From Parasitella parasitica NRRL 2501 (Eukaryota > Fungi > Mucoromycota): 64,000 bases of DNA. The notes under the pieces were generated by a model. The model had not been told where the DNA came from, made no database searches, and was given only the letters and a program-made list of their open reading frames with translations. The translations under genes and the position numbers were made by a program. Location of the stretch: assembly GCA_025201805.1 (NCBI GenBank), contig MU619262.1, positions 3,978 through 67,977 on the forward strand, in the 5' to 3' direction. This document shows, piece after piece, positions 62,069 through 64,000 of this stretch (position 1 is the stretch's first letter; each line of letters opens with the position of its first letter).

Positions 62069-62645
62069 TTTTTTTTTCGATGTAGTTGTAAATGTATGGC
62101 AAAATACAATTCCACTTTTATATGCATACACATTGTTTTTGCTGCGGTCTGCTATGTATACCACAACGATGGCCGCAGCACATGGTTGCATGATTTTCGT
62201 TTTCTTACAAACCCTTTTTTGAAGTAAAAAAACAAAATAGAATTTAATAAATTTCATAAGTTTATGTATAGATATATTGAAAGATGCTATGATATAGTGT
62301 ACTGATCCTTTGTTTTTTTGTTTTATTTTTTTCATTGTCGGCATTGCCAAAAACGCATAATAATATAAATATCTATGCTTATTAACACGGTAATCGGTTA
62401 TACCGTCTTCATTTCAGTTCATGCCCTCATTGAACATGGACAGATAATTTTTAATAGAGTTTTTCCGTGTGGCCAGTTAGTCAATCTCAAGTGCAACATT
62501 TTGAAGCAACAACAATTATCTTTATTTAAAGACGTACACATGAAAATTTGTATTAAAAAAGATAGTTTCTTGTAGAATGCATATCGTGCATATAGGTTGC
62601 TAACAGACTTTTTCCCGTGTTGCTAGGAAATAATATAAATGAAAG

Positions 62646-63932
62646 TTAAGTGTTATTACTTTGATCACCCGTAACCTTGATATCCAAAATTTTCCACATA
62701 AGCCATGAGCCTACAGTCCTGTAAGGCCTCCAAATATCTGTCATCTCAACCATATGATGGGGTAATGGAAATGATTTCTTCTTGTCAGAAGGCATTGCAA
62801 GATTAAAATGCTGAGCAACCCCTCTACGAACCCCCAAATCACCTAAAGGCAAAACATCTGAATGTTTCAGGTTGAGCATGAGGAACATGTCTACAGTCCA
62901 CTATGCGTTACAAAAATGTAAACTCTCACTTTTCAAACAAGATGCAACCGAGAAATTACCTGCCCAATGCCTTTGACTTGGGTCAATTGTTCACCGATTT
63001 CGGTACCAGACATATTGACAAAATTTTCAGGAGTGATAGTCTTGTCATTAAACTTTTGGGCAAGACATTGGATGTACTCAGCCTGCGCCATTAATATCCA
63101 TATTCAGCTACACTAGCTCCTAAAATATAATATACCTTTCTGGCAGATAGCCCTGCACTTCGTAATTCATCTGTTGATTTCTTCAAAACATCAGCAGGAG
63201 AAGGATACCAATCTTTACCTTCCTGGGAACCAAACAGCTGGATAAATCTGGCCTCAATGGAGGCAGCGGCCTTTCCATGTATTTGCTGGTAGATGATGCC
63301 ACTTGCAAGAGATCTGAAAGGGTCACTCTTTCTGTCTCTAGACATCCGTTCCTTAAAACTAGCCAGGACTTCATCGTTTATGTAAGACGCTAATTTGGGA
63401 TCATGCTTTTTGAAATGCTCAATGGCATTGTCAATATGGGTTTCCTCCGAAAGAATATACAAAGCAGACGGGGCATTTGACTAGTAGGAGGGAACTAAGC
63501 ATTTTTTGTTTATAAATGTGGGTTTGATACCCAACCAAAATCCTCTTACAAATTCAATGACCTTGGTCTTCTCAACCTTGGTTTTTTCAACCCTGATCCT
63601 TTCGACCTTGGACTTTTCAATGTTTCCCTTTTTGCTTTGTATCCTTAGAGCACTCAAAGCTTTCTGATCCTATAAACTAGTCGTTGAATTTAAAAACATA
63701 ATGGCCAATTAATCGCTTGAAATGCATTACCTTTTGGACAACAGATTTTTTCGAAATTCGACTGCGCAATTCAACCATGAGAAGCAATATGCATTTAGAC
63801 GTTTTCAAATCAAAAAGAGATTAAGAATACCTACATTTTTGATAACTTGGGGATCTTCTTTTCCTTGTAAGGTATTGCCGTCTTGTTAGCGAGTCTTCCG
63901 CTTTTACGAATGGTTGTAGTAACATTGGACAT
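62646..63932 (-). CDS. MAG1: DNA-3-methyladenine glycosylase (AlkA/Mag1, HhH-GPD superfamily); multi-exon
   Basis: DPFRSLASGIIYQQIHGKAAASI, LRSAGLSARK, TQVKGIGQWTVDMFLM, DVLPLGDLGVRRG, WRPYRTVGSWLMW. Confidence 0.93.
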
Positions 63933-64000
63933 AATGATGAGGTAGGAAAAGAGAAGTGTTTAGTTGACCTCTATCGAGTGACGGTGCGACATTTAATTTA

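Noticed and set aside
1-64000. CRISPR arrays, prokaryotic operons or viral genes
   Set aside because: No repeat-spacer array or viral hallmark gene seen; genes carry spliceosomal introns

Overview
Eukaryotic, intron-rich, AT-rich fungal DNA. The short GT-AG introns, gene families and repeats are most consistent with a Mucorales (Mucoromycota) genome; this assignment is inference. The left ~9.2 kb is an accessory, TE-rich block: the 3' part of an apparently intact Helitron (Rep-HUH + PIF1 helicase, hairpin + CTAG end), a TA-type transposon end, a disrupted multi-exon PD-(D/E)XK-like gene, two Tc1/IS630 transposase relics and a dispersed repeat that recurs at ~28 kb. The rest is gene-dense: adenylate cyclase (58-Gln tract), VMA6, TRM61, an NSL1-like gene, PRP21/SF3A1, acyl-CoA oxidase next to an SCP2 protein (both end in SKL), MRS2, two USPs, CHS7, a double-GATA-finger/ASH1-type SET methyltransferase fusion, LEO1, a second apparently catalytically dead PD-(D/E)XK-like paralog, a tandem-domain protein of unknown function, a kelch membrane protein, an intact and a pseudogenised AlkA/MAG1 glycosylase, a kinesin-7-like motor with degenerate switch motifs and 6-nt/4-nt micro-exons, and a STE20-type PAK kinase. 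The strongest candidates for novelty are the GATA-GATA-SET fusion, the switch-degenerate kinesin and the PD-(D/E)XK-like gene pair. Exon boundaries were inferred by eye and no database searches were run. There are two assembly gaps (27650-28024, 57852-57861).
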